Shown here piece by piece: positions 1-9,588 of a DNA stretch of 64,000 nt. Source of the stretch: a virus; the IMG/VR virus record IMGVR_UViG_3300009135_000001, positions 11,255 through 75,254 of that record; one strand, given 5' to 3'. Made by a program: the position numbers and the translations under genes. The notes under the pieces are model-generated. The model did no database searches. It was not told where the DNA came from and worked only from the letters and a program-made list of their open reading frames with translations. The first letter of the stretch is position 1, and every line of letters begins with the position of its first letter.

Positions 1-330
1 GCGCTCGCATGTACGTACAACGCTGAGATGCAGATCGTGGAGCAGCCTAGCCAGATCATTGTCGAGGACAAACGCCCGTGGATATCAATCGAGGAGTATA
101 GAGAGGACAGCCCTGGCGTACCGTACGATGAGTTTGAGTTCCCTGAGAAAGCGATATACCTCGTAGGGAATTCGAACTGGCGTCACATGAGTGATGTATT
201 CGAGGTTGACCACATTATCAATGTACCAACCCCGGGAGGATATGACCACCCCCTATACGGGGATCAGGTCGCTACGATTGTTCTTCAGCAGCAGCTTGCT
301 CAGCAGCTAAAAGGCGGTTGTGAAAAGTAG
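1..330 (+). CDS. Hypothetical protein, 5'-truncated (probable end of a tail-region gene)
   Basis: Frame is open from position 1 to TAG at 330; precedes the late virion genes. Confidence 0.55.
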   Translation, partial: ALACTYNAEMQIVEQPSQIIVEDKRPWISIEEYREDSPGVPYDEFEFPEKAIYLVGNSNWRHMSDVFEVDHIINVPTPGGYDHPLYGDQVATIVLQQQLAQQLKGGCEK

Positions 331-484
331 CCAGCTTAATCTTGAGCCCCACAATGATCTCAGCCTGTTCCACGGTAATGGGAACGGCTTTGACCAAATT
401 GAGGGTATTCATGATATCGTTGGACGTTAACTCCACCGGATCTACTTCAGAGGTAGGCGGCGTACTATTAGGCTTTTCGTTCAT
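272..484 (-). CDS. Small helical protein on the strand opposite the late operon
   Basis: 70-aa ORF with protein-like amphipathic composition; overlaps the previous ORF tail-to-tail by 59 nt. Confidence 0.45.
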   Translation of the reverse strand: MNEKPNSTPPTSEVDPVELTSNDIMNTLNLVKAVPITVEQAEIIVGLKIKLATFHNRLLAAEQAAAEEQS

Positions 485-549
485 GCCTTATGGTACCATA
501 GGGAAACAGCCCCGTGCAACGGTTTATACACTCCTTGGAGGAAAGCTAC

Positions 550-963
550 GTGAAGTTTGATGTTTCCCAAGACCCGGAATACTTGGATATTGCAGCAGAT
601 ATTATAGGCGTCCCGACATTCGACGCGGATATGACATACACAATAGGCGTGTTTGACGCTGCTTGTGAGTTCCAAGCTGTCATATTATTCAACAACTGGG
701 AGGAGAAGAACGTGTCGATACACATCGCGTCCGTTTCTCCTAAGTGGGCAACCAGAGAAGTTCTCAAGGTAGCCTTCACGTACGCGTTCCTAGAACTCGG
801 CGTGCAGCGTGTCACAGGCACGGTGCGCGAAAACAACACCAAGGCCCGCGCTTTGAATTTGCGCCTCGGCTTTAAACAGGAAGGCGTGATGCGCCAATTT
901 TATGATACCGGGGAAAGTGACATTATCTTCGGTATGACCAAAGACGAGTGCAAGTGGATTTGA
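550..963 (+). CDS. GNAT-family acetyltransferase (RimJ/RimL-like), virion-associated type
   Basis: Motif RENNTKARALNLRLGFKQEG; GGAGG Shine-Dalgarno before GTG at 550 (ORF track start at 514 is probably overextended); typical position before podovirus ejection genes. Confidence 0.85.
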   Translation: MKFDVSQDPEYLDIAADIIGVPTFDADMTYTIGVFDAACEFQAVILFNNWEEKNVSIHIASVSPKWATREVLKVAFTYAFLELGVQRVTGTVRENNTKARALNLRLGFKQEGVMRQFYDTGESDIIFGMTKDECKWI

Positions 964-1626
964 ATGGGTAAAAAATCAAAAAAGGGTGAGACTCCTAAGC
1001 CGTCGAAGCAAGAAGTGGCGCTGGCTAATGTAGCTGAGAAGAAGTTTTCTCAGTACAAAAAGCTGTACCGCCCCCTCGCTAAAAAGAATTTGGCTCGCAC
1101 CAAAGCAACGAAAGGAAGAATCAGAGAGAACCAAGGCATCGTTAATGCTGATATCCAGCAGGGGGCCACAGGCCGTGACGCTGGTATCCTGCAAGCGAGC
1201 CTGTTCGGCCGAGGGCCGCAAGCAGGTTCTAGTAACCGGTCTATTTTCTCCCGTGGCGCAAGCGAAAAAGGTCTCGGCGTAGCCCGAGGCGCTGGTATGG
1301 CTCTTGCTAGGGCAGGCACTGAAACCCGTGGGAAAGAAGGTAAGCTGCGGCACATCGCGCTCGGCCACGGCATCGCCCGTGATAGCATGCAATCTCAAGC
1401 TACTCTGGCGTCAAATGCCACATCGAGAGCAATCCAACAGTCTCGAATTGATTTGGAAAAAAGCAACCAGCTCGCAACTACTCTCGGCCAAGGTTTCGGC
1501 GCGTTCATGGGCATGGGCGGCAAAACGCCTAGCGGCGGCGGCGGGGGCACAATGCCTTCTGGCTTAGGCTCCGGCGGCACGTTCGGTTATTCGACCAATC
1601 CTAACGGCTATGTGGGTGGTTTCTAA
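964..1626 (+). CDS. Putative internal virion/ejection protein (Gly/Ala-rich)
   Basis: 220 aa, Gly/Ala/Gln-rich, basic N-terminus, located in the ejection-gene cluster. Confidence 0.65.
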   Translation: MGKKSKKGETPKPSKQEVALANVAEKKFSQYKKLYRPLAKKNLARTKATKGRIRENQGIVNADIQQGATGRDAGILQASLFGRGPQAGSSNRSIFSRGASEKGLGVARGAGMALARAGTETRGKEGKLRHIALGHGIARDSMQSQATLASNATSRAIQQSRIDLEKSNQLATTLGQGFGAFMGMGGKTPSGGGGGTMPSGLGSGGTFGYSTNPNGYVGGF

Positions 1627-2309
1627 TGGCTTTAGGCGGCAAACTAGGAGAAAGATTTAACCCCGTGTCCCGCAATGGCAGGCAGGACAGCTATGGAAAA
1701 GGCGGGTTCCGCAAGTTCACTAAAAAGAAGAAGAAGGCGAAGACGAAGAGTCCAGACGCCATACTGGCTAATATTACGAATGAGGAGTTCGCGATATATG
1801 AGTCAGACTTCCTCCCCGTAGAGGAGCAGCTGATTGAAGAGGCTACTGACAAACAGTCTGGGAACAAAGCAGCCGAGGCTGCGCTGAAAGATTCGCTAGA
1901 AGGATTCGACAGACAAAGAAAACAATTCGACCGTGGCCTTGGCCGCTCAGGTATAGAGACCACTGGCGCGCAACAAGCCAAACTCGACAAAGGTTTCGAC
2001 AGAGCCAGGACCAGAGGCGGCGTAAACGCTGCGAACCTCGCACGTCGTAATCAGATACAAGAAGACGATGAAACTATTACTGACCTGGTTAATGCAGGGC
2101 AGAACCTACGTGGTGTATCATTACAAGGTCTCGGCGCGGCAAGTAACATGCAGCACGCCCGTGAACAGCAAGGCCGCGCAAACAAGGCGCAGGCCAGTAG
2201 CAACTTCATGTCTAATGTAGGTACAGGCGCTGGCATTGGTTTCTCAATTGGCGGGCCGGTTGGCGGTGCAGTAGGCGCTGGCGTCGGCGCACTGGTATCG
2301 TTGTTTTAG
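1626..2309 (+). CDS. Putative ejection (pilot-like) protein with C-terminal Gly-rich hydrophobic segment
   Basis: C-terminus GTGAGIGFSIGGPVGGAVGAGVGALVSLF (glycine-zipper-like), as seen in DNA-injection proteins. Confidence 0.7.
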   Translation: MALGGKLGERFNPVSRNGRQDSYGKGGFRKFTKKKKKAKTKSPDAILANITNEEFAIYESDFLPVEEQLIEEATDKQSGNKAAEAALKDSLEGFDRQRKQFDRGLGRSGIETTGAQQAKLDKGFDRARTRGGVNAANLARRNQIQEDDETITDLVNAGQNLRGVSLQGLGAASNMQHAREQQGRANKAQASSNFMSNVGTGAGIGFSIGGPVGGAVGAGVGALVSLF

Positions 2310-2318
2310 GATTATAGA

Positions 2319-4316
2319 ATGGCATTTGGAACAGGTTTTTTACAAGGTCTACAAGTAGGGCAGCAGTATCAGCATAACCAAACGCTGATGAACCAGCGCC
2401 AAGAAGACCGCGACCGCGAGCAATACGGCCGTGATCTCGAAGCGCTGATGAACGACTGGAACAATACTAAAGGCGACCGCGACGACGACGAGTTTGTACA
2501 AAGCGATGAATTTCTTGCCCTCACGAAACGCCACCGTGGCAGCAAGGTTTTCGAGAAAGCCATGCAGACGGGTAACACCGGCGGCAAATACACAAAGATG
2601 CGCGACATCGTGCAGAACCCCAACGACCCTGACAAGACCGTACTCATTGTAGACACCTACGACAAGGACGGTAAGCTGATAAGTAAAGGACGCCCTGTCA
2701 CCGAAGGCAGGGGCTCACGCGAAGATGACCCTGGTGGCAGAGTCGCGCAGTTCAGCAGGAACGATATATACGCAGGCATCGTCGGCGCTATGCAGCAGTC
2801 AGGCGACTTCAAAGATCGCCGTGGCATCGCCGATCGATTTGAAGCCGCACTGATAAAGCCTGATCAAGCAACCAAAGGGTTAGGGGCCGGTGGGGCACCC
2901 GCTATTAGCGACCCGACTAAACCTACGCCTCCGGTCATTCCAAAAGAAGGCGCAGTCGAAGAAAGCGGCGCGAAAGCTACCCCTGTACCGGAAGAAGAGC
3001 AGGTTCCAGCAGAAGAGATTCCTACGGCTGAACAAGTTGAGGAAGAAGTCGGCGCGTTGCAACAGCGTTACGGCGTACTTCGTGCTGAGCTGGACGAACT
3101 ACAAGACGTAGACGCCAGGCACTCTGGACAAATGACTCGCCAGCAGTATGTGCAACATCGCCGTGAACTGGGTCAGAAGACCGATGAGCTTACGCAGGTT
3201 CAAGGTGTGCTCGATGAATTGACCGGCTCGTCTACTGCGCGTAGAATGGGCGCTTCACTGAGTGAAGTCCCCGGCAATATCGCCGAAGGCGTAGGTGAGT
3301 TTGGAGAAGCAATTGCTAACATCCCCGCTGTCAAAGGTGTTACAGACGCAGTGTCCGAGTTCTTCGGTGGACTCACTTCTGGTGAGGGAACGCCACCTCC
3401 TCAGGGGACGAAGTCGAGCGAACGGTTTGAGCATGGGTCTGAAACTCAGGCTAACGCATCAAAGAAAGATAAAAAGGGACCCCTCGATCCAGCTAACCTT
3501 AAAGATCGTACACGAGCGCAACAGAATAAGATTGAACAAGTCGCAAAGGACACTGCCCTCGCCGTAGCGAATCAGCAGAAGCTGAACCGCAAGATGATGG
3601 GCGACTATCGGAAAGCCTTGCGGGCGCAGGTGCTGCACGGCGACATCACTGTCGCACAGGCCACTACCAGCTACTACGCTGTGCTGGCGGCGAACAAATC
3701 GAAAGACAAGTTCAAGCTGCATCTCGATAGCTCGAATGGCGTAGCGTTCACCATCAATGAAGCCGATGGCACGGTCAGCCGCAGTAAGTATGCTGACGGT
3801 GCTAACGGTGATAAGACTGCGGCTGCGGCTTCTAAAGTAGAAGAGAAGCATTACAAGCGCCTCGAATCTGTCGCGAAGTACATCGAGACTCAGTTCGGCG
3901 AAGGTGAGGATGCTAACTTCATGGCTCTCGCTGACCAAACTTCTGATGCGCTGAACATCTTGTCCACCCAACCTGGCTTCCACGCCACCATGCGCGATGC
4001 GTACGGCAGGTGGAAGGCTGACGCTGCATCCGAAGCAAACTGGAATCCCTTCCTCAGCGTACGTGGTGCTCAGAACAAACGACCTAGCCTCACTCCTTAC
4101 CTAGCCGCTAGAGTACTGGCTGTACCGGAAGGCGAACAGGAGGCTATGAACGACTTTGCAGCTGAACTCGCGTACCTCAACGGTGGAAACACTTTGAGCG
4201 AAGCAGAGTGGGCGGGAATACTGGGCATGGCTCAAGAGAGAAAGAACAGCGGTTTGCTTGGGCAGGAAGCCCTCACGTCAATAATTGAAGAAATCCGCGC
4301 AAGCGCAGGCCAGTAG
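2319..4316 (+). CDS. Putative internal virion/ejection protein
   Basis: 665 aa, starts MAFGTGFLQGLQVG, helical composition, gene context. Confidence 0.65.
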   Translation: MAFGTGFLQGLQVGQQYQHNQTLMNQRQEDRDREQYGRDLEALMNDWNNTKGDRDDDEFVQSDEFLALTKRHRGSKVFEKAMQTGNTGGKYTKMRDIVQNPNDPDKTVLIVDTYDKDGKLISKGRPVTEGRGSREDDPGGRVAQFSRNDIYAGIVGAMQQSGDFKDRRGIADRFEAALIKPDQATKGLGAGGAPAISDPTKPTPPVIPKEGAVEESGAKATPVPEEEQVPAEEIPTAEQVEEEVGALQQRYGVLRAELDELQDVDARHSGQMTRQQYVQHRRELGQKTDELTQVQGVLDELTGSSTARRMGASLSEVPGNIAEGVGEFGEAIANIPAVKGVTDAVSEFFGGLTSGEGTPPPQGTKSSERFEHGSETQANASKKDKKGPLDPANLKDRTRAQQNKIEQVAKDTALAVANQQKLNRKMMGDYRKALRAQVLHGDITVAQATTSYYAVLAANKSKDKFKLHLDSSNGVAFTINEADGTVSRSKYADGANGDKTAAAASKVEEKHYKRLESVAKYIETQFGEGEDANFMALADQTSDALNILSTQPGFHATMRDAYGRWKADAASEANWNPFLSVRGAQNKRPSLTPYLAARVLAVPEGEQEAMNDFAAELAYLNGGNTLSEAEWAGILGMAQERKNSGLLGQEALTSIIEEIRASAGQ

Positions 4317-4318
4317 CC

Positions 4319-5908
4319 ATGGCCGAGAACGGGTTCAAAAAGTTCTTAGCCGGGAAAGTCCGCGACGCGGACACTTTCGAAGATGAATCAGGAGAAGGCT
4401 TACGTCTGCTCGGCGTAGACGCGCCTGAGGCAGGCACCCCTGGAGGCGAAGCAGCCACATCTTTTGTAAAGAGCGCCTTGGACAAGCGCCAGCTTGAACT
4501 CAAAGATACTGGACGAACTGGCTACTACGGCAGAAAGCTCGTAGAGGGTAAGTTCTCTGACGCAGAAACCCCGCTCGGCGCTCACATGATAAGCCTCGGC
4601 CACGCCCGCCCATCGCCTGGCAGTGAGTTCGACGAACTAAACAACCTCGCAGAAAGCTCATCCACCACCTCCCGTGTGCTCGGTCTACAGGATCGTGGCG
4701 TACAGAATGAGATCGATCTTGACTTGAGTGGGAACAAAGCTTCTGATTTCAGGAGTCGCAGAGGAACGTTCGGCAAAGCAGTCGGCCGTGGCGTTGACAA
4801 CGTACAGCAGCTCGGTTACTCGGCAGCCAATGTCGGAGCGATGGCTCTCGGCGACCTGTTCGGGACTGAGATATTAGACTCTTGGGGCGAAGAAGGTTTG
4901 AAGCGGAATATGATAGAAGCCGCAATGAACCCCGCTGAAGTACAGACATGGGACGATGTTGACAGTTTGTCAACTGGATTCACCTATGTGCTGGAGGCTC
5001 TCGGTGAGCAACTTCCTAACATAGCCACTTTGGTAGGCACTGGCGGCGTCGGTGCTGCCGCTAAGTTTGGCGTATCGAAGGCAGTACAGGCTGGTATCCA
5101 GAAGAAGCTTTCACAGTTGGCCCTCAAGCAGGGTAACAAAATGCAAGTCGCCAAGATGACGAAAGGCAGCTCCGGTTTCACCCCCGGTATAGCCGCTGGT
5201 TCATTCGGTTTTGGCACCGGTGAGATCGGAAATGAACTGAGGGACGCGGGTATTGATTCCCCCGCCACAGCTTTGTTGGGAGCAATTCCGTTTGCTGCTC
5301 TCGATACATTGGGCTTCCAGTCAACAATCGGAAGGTTATTCAAAGGCATAAATAAGGACATCGCCACTCAGTCCGTAAAGGACATCGCACGAAGTACATT
5401 CAGGGCAGCTGGCCTAGGTGCCGCTGCTGAGTCATCAACGGAGATGTTACAGGAGGTGATCACATTATCTGCCCGCGCATTCCACGATCCGACTTTCGAG
5501 ATATTCAGCGATGAGAACTTGGCAAGAATCAAAGAAGCTGGTATAAAAGCAGGTATCGTAGGTGGCGTACTGGGCGGCGGCTCACAAGCTGCCGTATCAA
5601 CTGTAGGCAAGCTCACACAACCGGCAGCACCATCGACGGAGACCGAGGGGGCGACGGCCCCACCGGGAGCTACACCACCTCCCGCAGCACCCGCTGCGGG
5701 AGTCACGACTTTTGCTCAACGGGATTCGAACTTCGAATACATACCAGATGAAGCTACTGTACCAGCTCAAAGCGTCTTCGAGGATGCCCCGGCCGATGCT
5801 GTCCTCTCAATTAAGGGTATGCTCAAAGAAGAGATTGAGCCAGCGCTTGCCGCCAACGAAAATCAAATTAACGCCTACGAGGCGTTAAAGGCGTGCCTAG
5901 CCTCATGA
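4319..5908 (+). CDS. Ejection protein with N-terminal SNase (thermonuclease-like) domain
   Basis: VRDADT...RLLGVDAPE...GGEAATSF...YYGR matches the SNase signature; Gly/Ala-rich helical remainder. Confidence 0.75.
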   Translation: MAENGFKKFLAGKVRDADTFEDESGEGLRLLGVDAPEAGTPGGEAATSFVKSALDKRQLELKDTGRTGYYGRKLVEGKFSDAETPLGAHMISLGHARPSPGSEFDELNNLAESSSTTSRVLGLQDRGVQNEIDLDLSGNKASDFRSRRGTFGKAVGRGVDNVQQLGYSAANVGAMALGDLFGTEILDSWGEEGLKRNMIEAAMNPAEVQTWDDVDSLSTGFTYVLEALGEQLPNIATLVGTGGVGAAAKFGVSKAVQAGIQKKLSQLALKQGNKMQVAKMTKGSSGFTPGIAAGSFGFGTGEIGNELRDAGIDSPATALLGAIPFAALDTLGFQSTIGRLFKGINKDIATQSVKDIARSTFRAAGLGAAAESSTEMLQEVITLSARAFHDPTFEIFSDENLARIKEAGIKAGIVGGVLGGGSQAAVSTVGKLTQPAAPSTETEGATAPPGATPPPAAPAAGVTTFAQRDSNFEYIPDEATVPAQSVFEDAPADAVLSIKGMLKEEIEPALAANENQINAYEALKACLAS

Positions 5909-6120
5909 AACTATCCCGCAGAAAACTAGCTGAGCTCCAGAACAAAGGCGTCATCAAGCAGGAACTGGACGGCTCTATCACTCAGGTTAAGGACATCCCA
6001 GGAACAGCCCCAGTCTCGCTATCTGATAATAAAAAGCGTTCGTGGAAGGTCCACGATTTCGAGCGTGACTGGGACGGTTTTATAACCGCCGTGGCCATCA
6101 CTGAGACCACCGAATTATGA
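5905..6120 (+). CDS. Hypothetical protein (first gene of the inserted cassette)
   Basis: ATGA overlap with the upstream stop; 71 aa. Confidence 0.65.
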   Translation: MKLSRRKLAELQNKGVIKQELDGSITQVKDIPGTAPVSLSDNKKRSWKVHDFERDWDGFITAVAITETTEL

Positions 6121-6365
6121 GCATTGCTGTGACAAACGACGAAATTGCCGACCGCCTCGCGAAACACGACGAGCGCATGACTAGCGTGGCCGCGACTGTG
6201 GAGAGAATTGAGAAAGAGCTGGAGCCGTTAACGGAACTGTACGAGGACATCGCAGCAGTTGGCCGTTTCGGGAGAGGTTTAGGTAACATAATCAAGTGGT
6301 TTGGCGGTGTGGCTATAGCAGTCGCGGCGATTTGGGCCACCATCAAAGGGTATCGACCATGGTAA
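6117..6365 (+). CDS. Small coiled-coil plus C-terminal TM protein (holin-like)
   Basis: Heptad N-terminus followed by hydrophobic IIKWFGGVAIAVAAIWATI. Confidence 0.6.
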   Translation: MSIAVTNDEIADRLAKHDERMTSVAATVERIEKELEPLTELYEDIAAVGRFGRGLGNIIKWFGGVAIAVAAIWATIKGYRPW

Positions 6366-6640
6366 AGTGGGCTAGAGAACATCCGTACAAAGCAGCAGTG
6401 CTAGGTTTGGCGCTCCTTATCATACTCACCGGAGCTCTCGAAGAAGTCAGAGCAGCTGAAAACCCAACAGTCCTAAACAAAACACCGTATGGTTTCACGT
6501 TTGGAATGGCCGACGGCAGCAGACGTTTCTGCGCTCTCGATTCGGAGACCACAGTTAAATGTGTAACTGACCAACAAACGATACTCAACTGTAAATACGA
6601 GGACGAACCGGTTTACTTCTCCGGTTGTAAGGAAGAATGA
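6359..6640 (+). CDS. Hypothetical exported protein
   Basis: Start MVKWAREH at 6359, signal-peptide-like AAVLGLALLIILTGA, four Cys. Confidence 0.6.
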   Translation: MVKWAREHPYKAAVLGLALLIILTGALEEVRAAENPTVLNKTPYGFTFGMADGSRRFCALDSETTVKCVTDQQTILNCKYEDEPVYFSGCKEE

Positions 6641-6921
6641 AGTGGCTCATCGTAGCGTTGGCATTTTTCGCAACCACTGCGACGGCTGAGCTGAATATAA
6701 AATATTTAGAACACGCGTTATTTATGACGGTGACTAAAGGCGAGCGATCTGGGAAAATCGTTTGTCTCAATACGAAGCAGCCCAAAGGAGGGCTACCCAC
6801 AGGTTGGAAAAAGCTGACCTGTAATAGTTTAGAATCGCCGGTGCAGTGGATAGCTTGCTTCGCGAATGTTGAAAAGAAATCTTTTTTGTGCGGCAAATTT
6901 AAAGTCGCTTTGAAAAACTAG
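6637..6921 (+). CDS. Hypothetical exported protein
   Basis: Signal peptide MKWLIVALAFFATTATA; Cys-containing; ATGA coupling. Confidence 0.65.
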   Translation: MKWLIVALAFFATTATAELNIKYLEHALFMTVTKGERSGKIVCLNTKQPKGGLPTGWKKLTCNSLESPVQWIACFANVEKKSFLCGKFKVALKN

Positions 6922-6933
6922 GAGTAATACTGA

Positions 6934-9342
6934 ATGGCACTTATCACTGATCCCGATGACCTCTCGCAAGGTACCGAATACGTTGTCGCGAATATGGTTA
7001 TCACGACTCCCGGCACCGGCGCGGATTCCCAGATTACGGGTACGAGCATGGGCTCCCTTGTCGCGACCGATTTCTTCGAAATCCGCGACCACTCTGATCC
7101 CCTAGCCAACGGCTTGTGGCAGGTTGTCACGGTTAACACCGACACCTCTGATTACGAGTGTGATAAAATCTCCAACGGCGCGGTACCGGCCACTGCTGGT
7201 TCTGAATCAGCTTCTTGGTTTGGTGGCGACGCTGCCATCACTGACGAGAAGTCTGTTTACTTCGACACGTTGGTTGAAGAAATCTGGCTCCTGGAGCAAG
7301 GCAACCTGTCTGTAGACGGTGTGACCATGCTGGCCCTGCACTCTTTCATTAAGAAGCGCTGGAAAGACGACCAACTCCTGATTGACTCTGGTGCCTTCCC
7401 GATGGTTGGTATCTCCTTCGCGGCTGGTCAGTGGGAATTCGGTGAAGACCCCTCAGGTAACAACTCTGACTGGTCTCTTAAAGTCGACGCTGGTTCAAGC
7501 ACTGACTCCCCTCGCCTGATCCGAAACGCTGGTTGGAACCAGAAGAACAACGCTGGTGTTACCACCGGTAAGTTCTTCAACGTAACCACTCTTGGCGTGT
7601 TCGAGGACACCGCTGACCAAGCGCTGTATTACTTCGGTAACGACTACACTGTCGACAACACCGTAAACTTCGCCTTCACTGGCCCAGTTAACGAACCTGT
7701 TCAGTACTTCGATCTGATCGGCGACCTGTCTGGCGACAGCCCTGACTTCCCGTCAACCACTACTATCACTCGTTCAACCGGCAGCTTCATCACTGACGGC
7801 TTCGTGGTAGGTGGCCAGATCACTGTTGCAGGTTCAACCACCAACGACGGCACCTACACACTGAGTGTTGTGTCTGCTCTGAGCATGACCATCTCTACTA
7901 CGTGGACGCTTGAAGCTTTCGCCGGTACCATCGCGGTCGACAACGCTAACGCTGTAAGCGTTCAGCTTCGTATTCGTGACGGTGATGCGAAAGGTAAAAC
8001 CTTCCAGACTTCTGGTTTGGCAGAAGCGGGTGAAACCGCAGTTGCCTCCAAGGTTATCAAATTCCCGCTTGCGAACGCAGCTGACCAAAAGATCGACGTC
8101 ACTGACGCGAACGTTGTTACCACCCCGTGGAATGAAGTGTGGATTCGTTACCTCGACCAAGCGTACAACCGCACAGTCGATAGCGCACGTGCTTTCGGTA
8201 TCGTTGTCGACGCTGGTACTTACTCGCAGGCCAATGGTGCCGCAGCTACCACTTCTCGGTGGGACAGTGCTAACCTCAACCTCGGCGCAGGCGAAGCACT
8301 TGCCGACTACGCAGGTGGTACTCTGATCGTGCATGAAGGTGTGAACGAAGGAAGCTACACTATCTCCGGTACTCCGGTGGATAATGCAAGCACCCTTGAG
8401 GTTACACTTGTAGGCACCCCACTGACCGTTTCTGGTTCAGATGAGTCGTACACAGTACAACGTGCTACGCCTCTTGGTGTATCCGCTCAGAACGTTTTCG
8501 AACGTGTGCAGTACGAACTGCGTCAAGCAACCGACATCAACAGCTCTGCTGACGGCTCTGTTATCGGTCTGATGACTGGTGAACTGGCAGCTTACGTTGG
8601 TGATAACGTCACCTTCGGCGGCGCTCTGTCAACCAACCCGAACGGTGGTGGTGATGGTGTTATCGTCGAGGGCTTCGATGCCAACGATACGAACAACATG
8701 TTCTTCATCCATAACGCAGGTGGCGCGGCAATCAACTTCCCGTTCGTTGCTGCTGGCAACCTGAACTTCAACGCGAACCTGACTGGCGACACCGATCCGG
8801 AATACTGGCTGTACTTCCAGTACACCGAGCGCACTACCAACTCTGACATCGACACCGTCGGCCCAGCTGGCAGCTCGTACGACCTGGAAGGCACACTCGG
8901 TACGTACTTGGTCAACGACTACATTCGTATCAGTGGCTTCGCTCAGGCTGAGAACAACGGTTTGTTCCGTGTAACGGTCGTGAACGTTTCAGGGTCTGAC
9001 TACACGGTCATCCGTGTCGATGGCGAAGCCGTCGGTACTGCTGAGACCAACCAGACTGTCAGCGTGGATGAGAACCCGTACAACTCACCGGATGCGATCA
9101 TCGTTAACGACAACGGTGGTTCACCGATCGTCGGCGCTGCGTCGTCTGCATCTATTGCTTTTGACTTCGATTACGACAATAATGTCCAAGGCGGCAGAAC
9201 AACCGGAACGGCAGTCTGCGTGCTTAAGGCCAGCGGCTTAGAGCTTGGGCAATACGTCGAGATTCTGAACCAGCAAATCACTCGCGACACTGGTTTGTCA
9301 TTCACAGCTACCTCGCCGTTGGAACGTAACTTTACTCCATAA
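6934..9342 (+). CDS. Large acidic beta-rich putative structural protein
   Basis: 802 aa, Asp/Thr/Gly-rich; strong SD (AGGAG); codon bias (GCT/GGT/AAC/ATC) resembles the major capsid gene. Confidence 0.7.
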   Translation: MALITDPDDLSQGTEYVVANMVITTPGTGADSQITGTSMGSLVATDFFEIRDHSDPLANGLWQVVTVNTDTSDYECDKISNGAVPATAGSESASWFGGDAAITDEKSVYFDTLVEEIWLLEQGNLSVDGVTMLALHSFIKKRWKDDQLLIDSGAFPMVGISFAAGQWEFGEDPSGNNSDWSLKVDAGSSTDSPRLIRNAGWNQKNNAGVTTGKFFNVTTLGVFEDTADQALYYFGNDYTVDNTVNFAFTGPVNEPVQYFDLIGDLSGDSPDFPSTTTITRSTGSFITDGFVVGGQITVAGSTTNDGTYTLSVVSALSMTISTTWTLEAFAGTIAVDNANAVSVQLRIRDGDAKGKTFQTSGLAEAGETAVASKVIKFPLANAADQKIDVTDANVVTTPWNEVWIRYLDQAYNRTVDSARAFGIVVDAGTYSQANGAAATTSRWDSANLNLGAGEALADYAGGTLIVHEGVNEGSYTISGTPVDNASTLEVTLVGTPLTVSGSDESYTVQRATPLGVSAQNVFERVQYELRQATDINSSADGSVIGLMTGELAAYVGDNVTFGGALSTNPNGGGDGVIVEGFDANDTNNMFFIHNAGGAAINFPFVAAGNLNFNANLTGDTDPEYWLYFQYTERTTNSDIDTVGPAGSSYDLEGTLGTYLVNDYIRISGFAQAENNGLFRVTVVNVSGSDYTVIRVDGEAVGTAETNQTVSVDENPYNSPDAIIVNDNGGSPIVGAASSASIAFDFDYDNNVQGGRTTGTAVCVLKASGLELGQYVEILNQQITRDTGLSFTATSPLERNFTP

Positions 9343-9351
9343 TGAGGTACT

Positions 9352-9585
9352 ATGATCGACATCATTGTAAATACTCCGGAGGGTCACACCCTCCGGAATC
9401 CTATCTGGAAGGTCGACTCAGAACGTGACTTTGCTTTTGTTGACCTCCAGAGAGAGGTATGTCTAAAACTGGGGGTTGACCCCGCCCAGTATAAAATCCG
9501 CTTCGAGGGCGAGGACATGCATAACGGTGCACTTTGCCTGAACTACCTAGACCAAGGCGACTCCGTCGATGTGGTGGAACGCTAA
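9352..9585 (+). CDS. Ubiquitin/SUMO-like beta-grasp protein lacking C-terminal Gly-Gly
   Basis: IIVNTPEGHT, LGVDPAQYKIRFEGEDMHNG and NYLDQGDSVDVV align by eye with ubiquitin [30 protein letters not shown] and DYNIQKESTLHLV; GAGG SD. Confidence 0.6.
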   Translation: MIDIIVNTPEGHTLRNPIWKVDSERDFAFVDLQREVCLKLGVDPAQYKIRFEGEDMHNGALCLNYLDQGDSVDVVER

Positions 9586-9588
9586 CTC

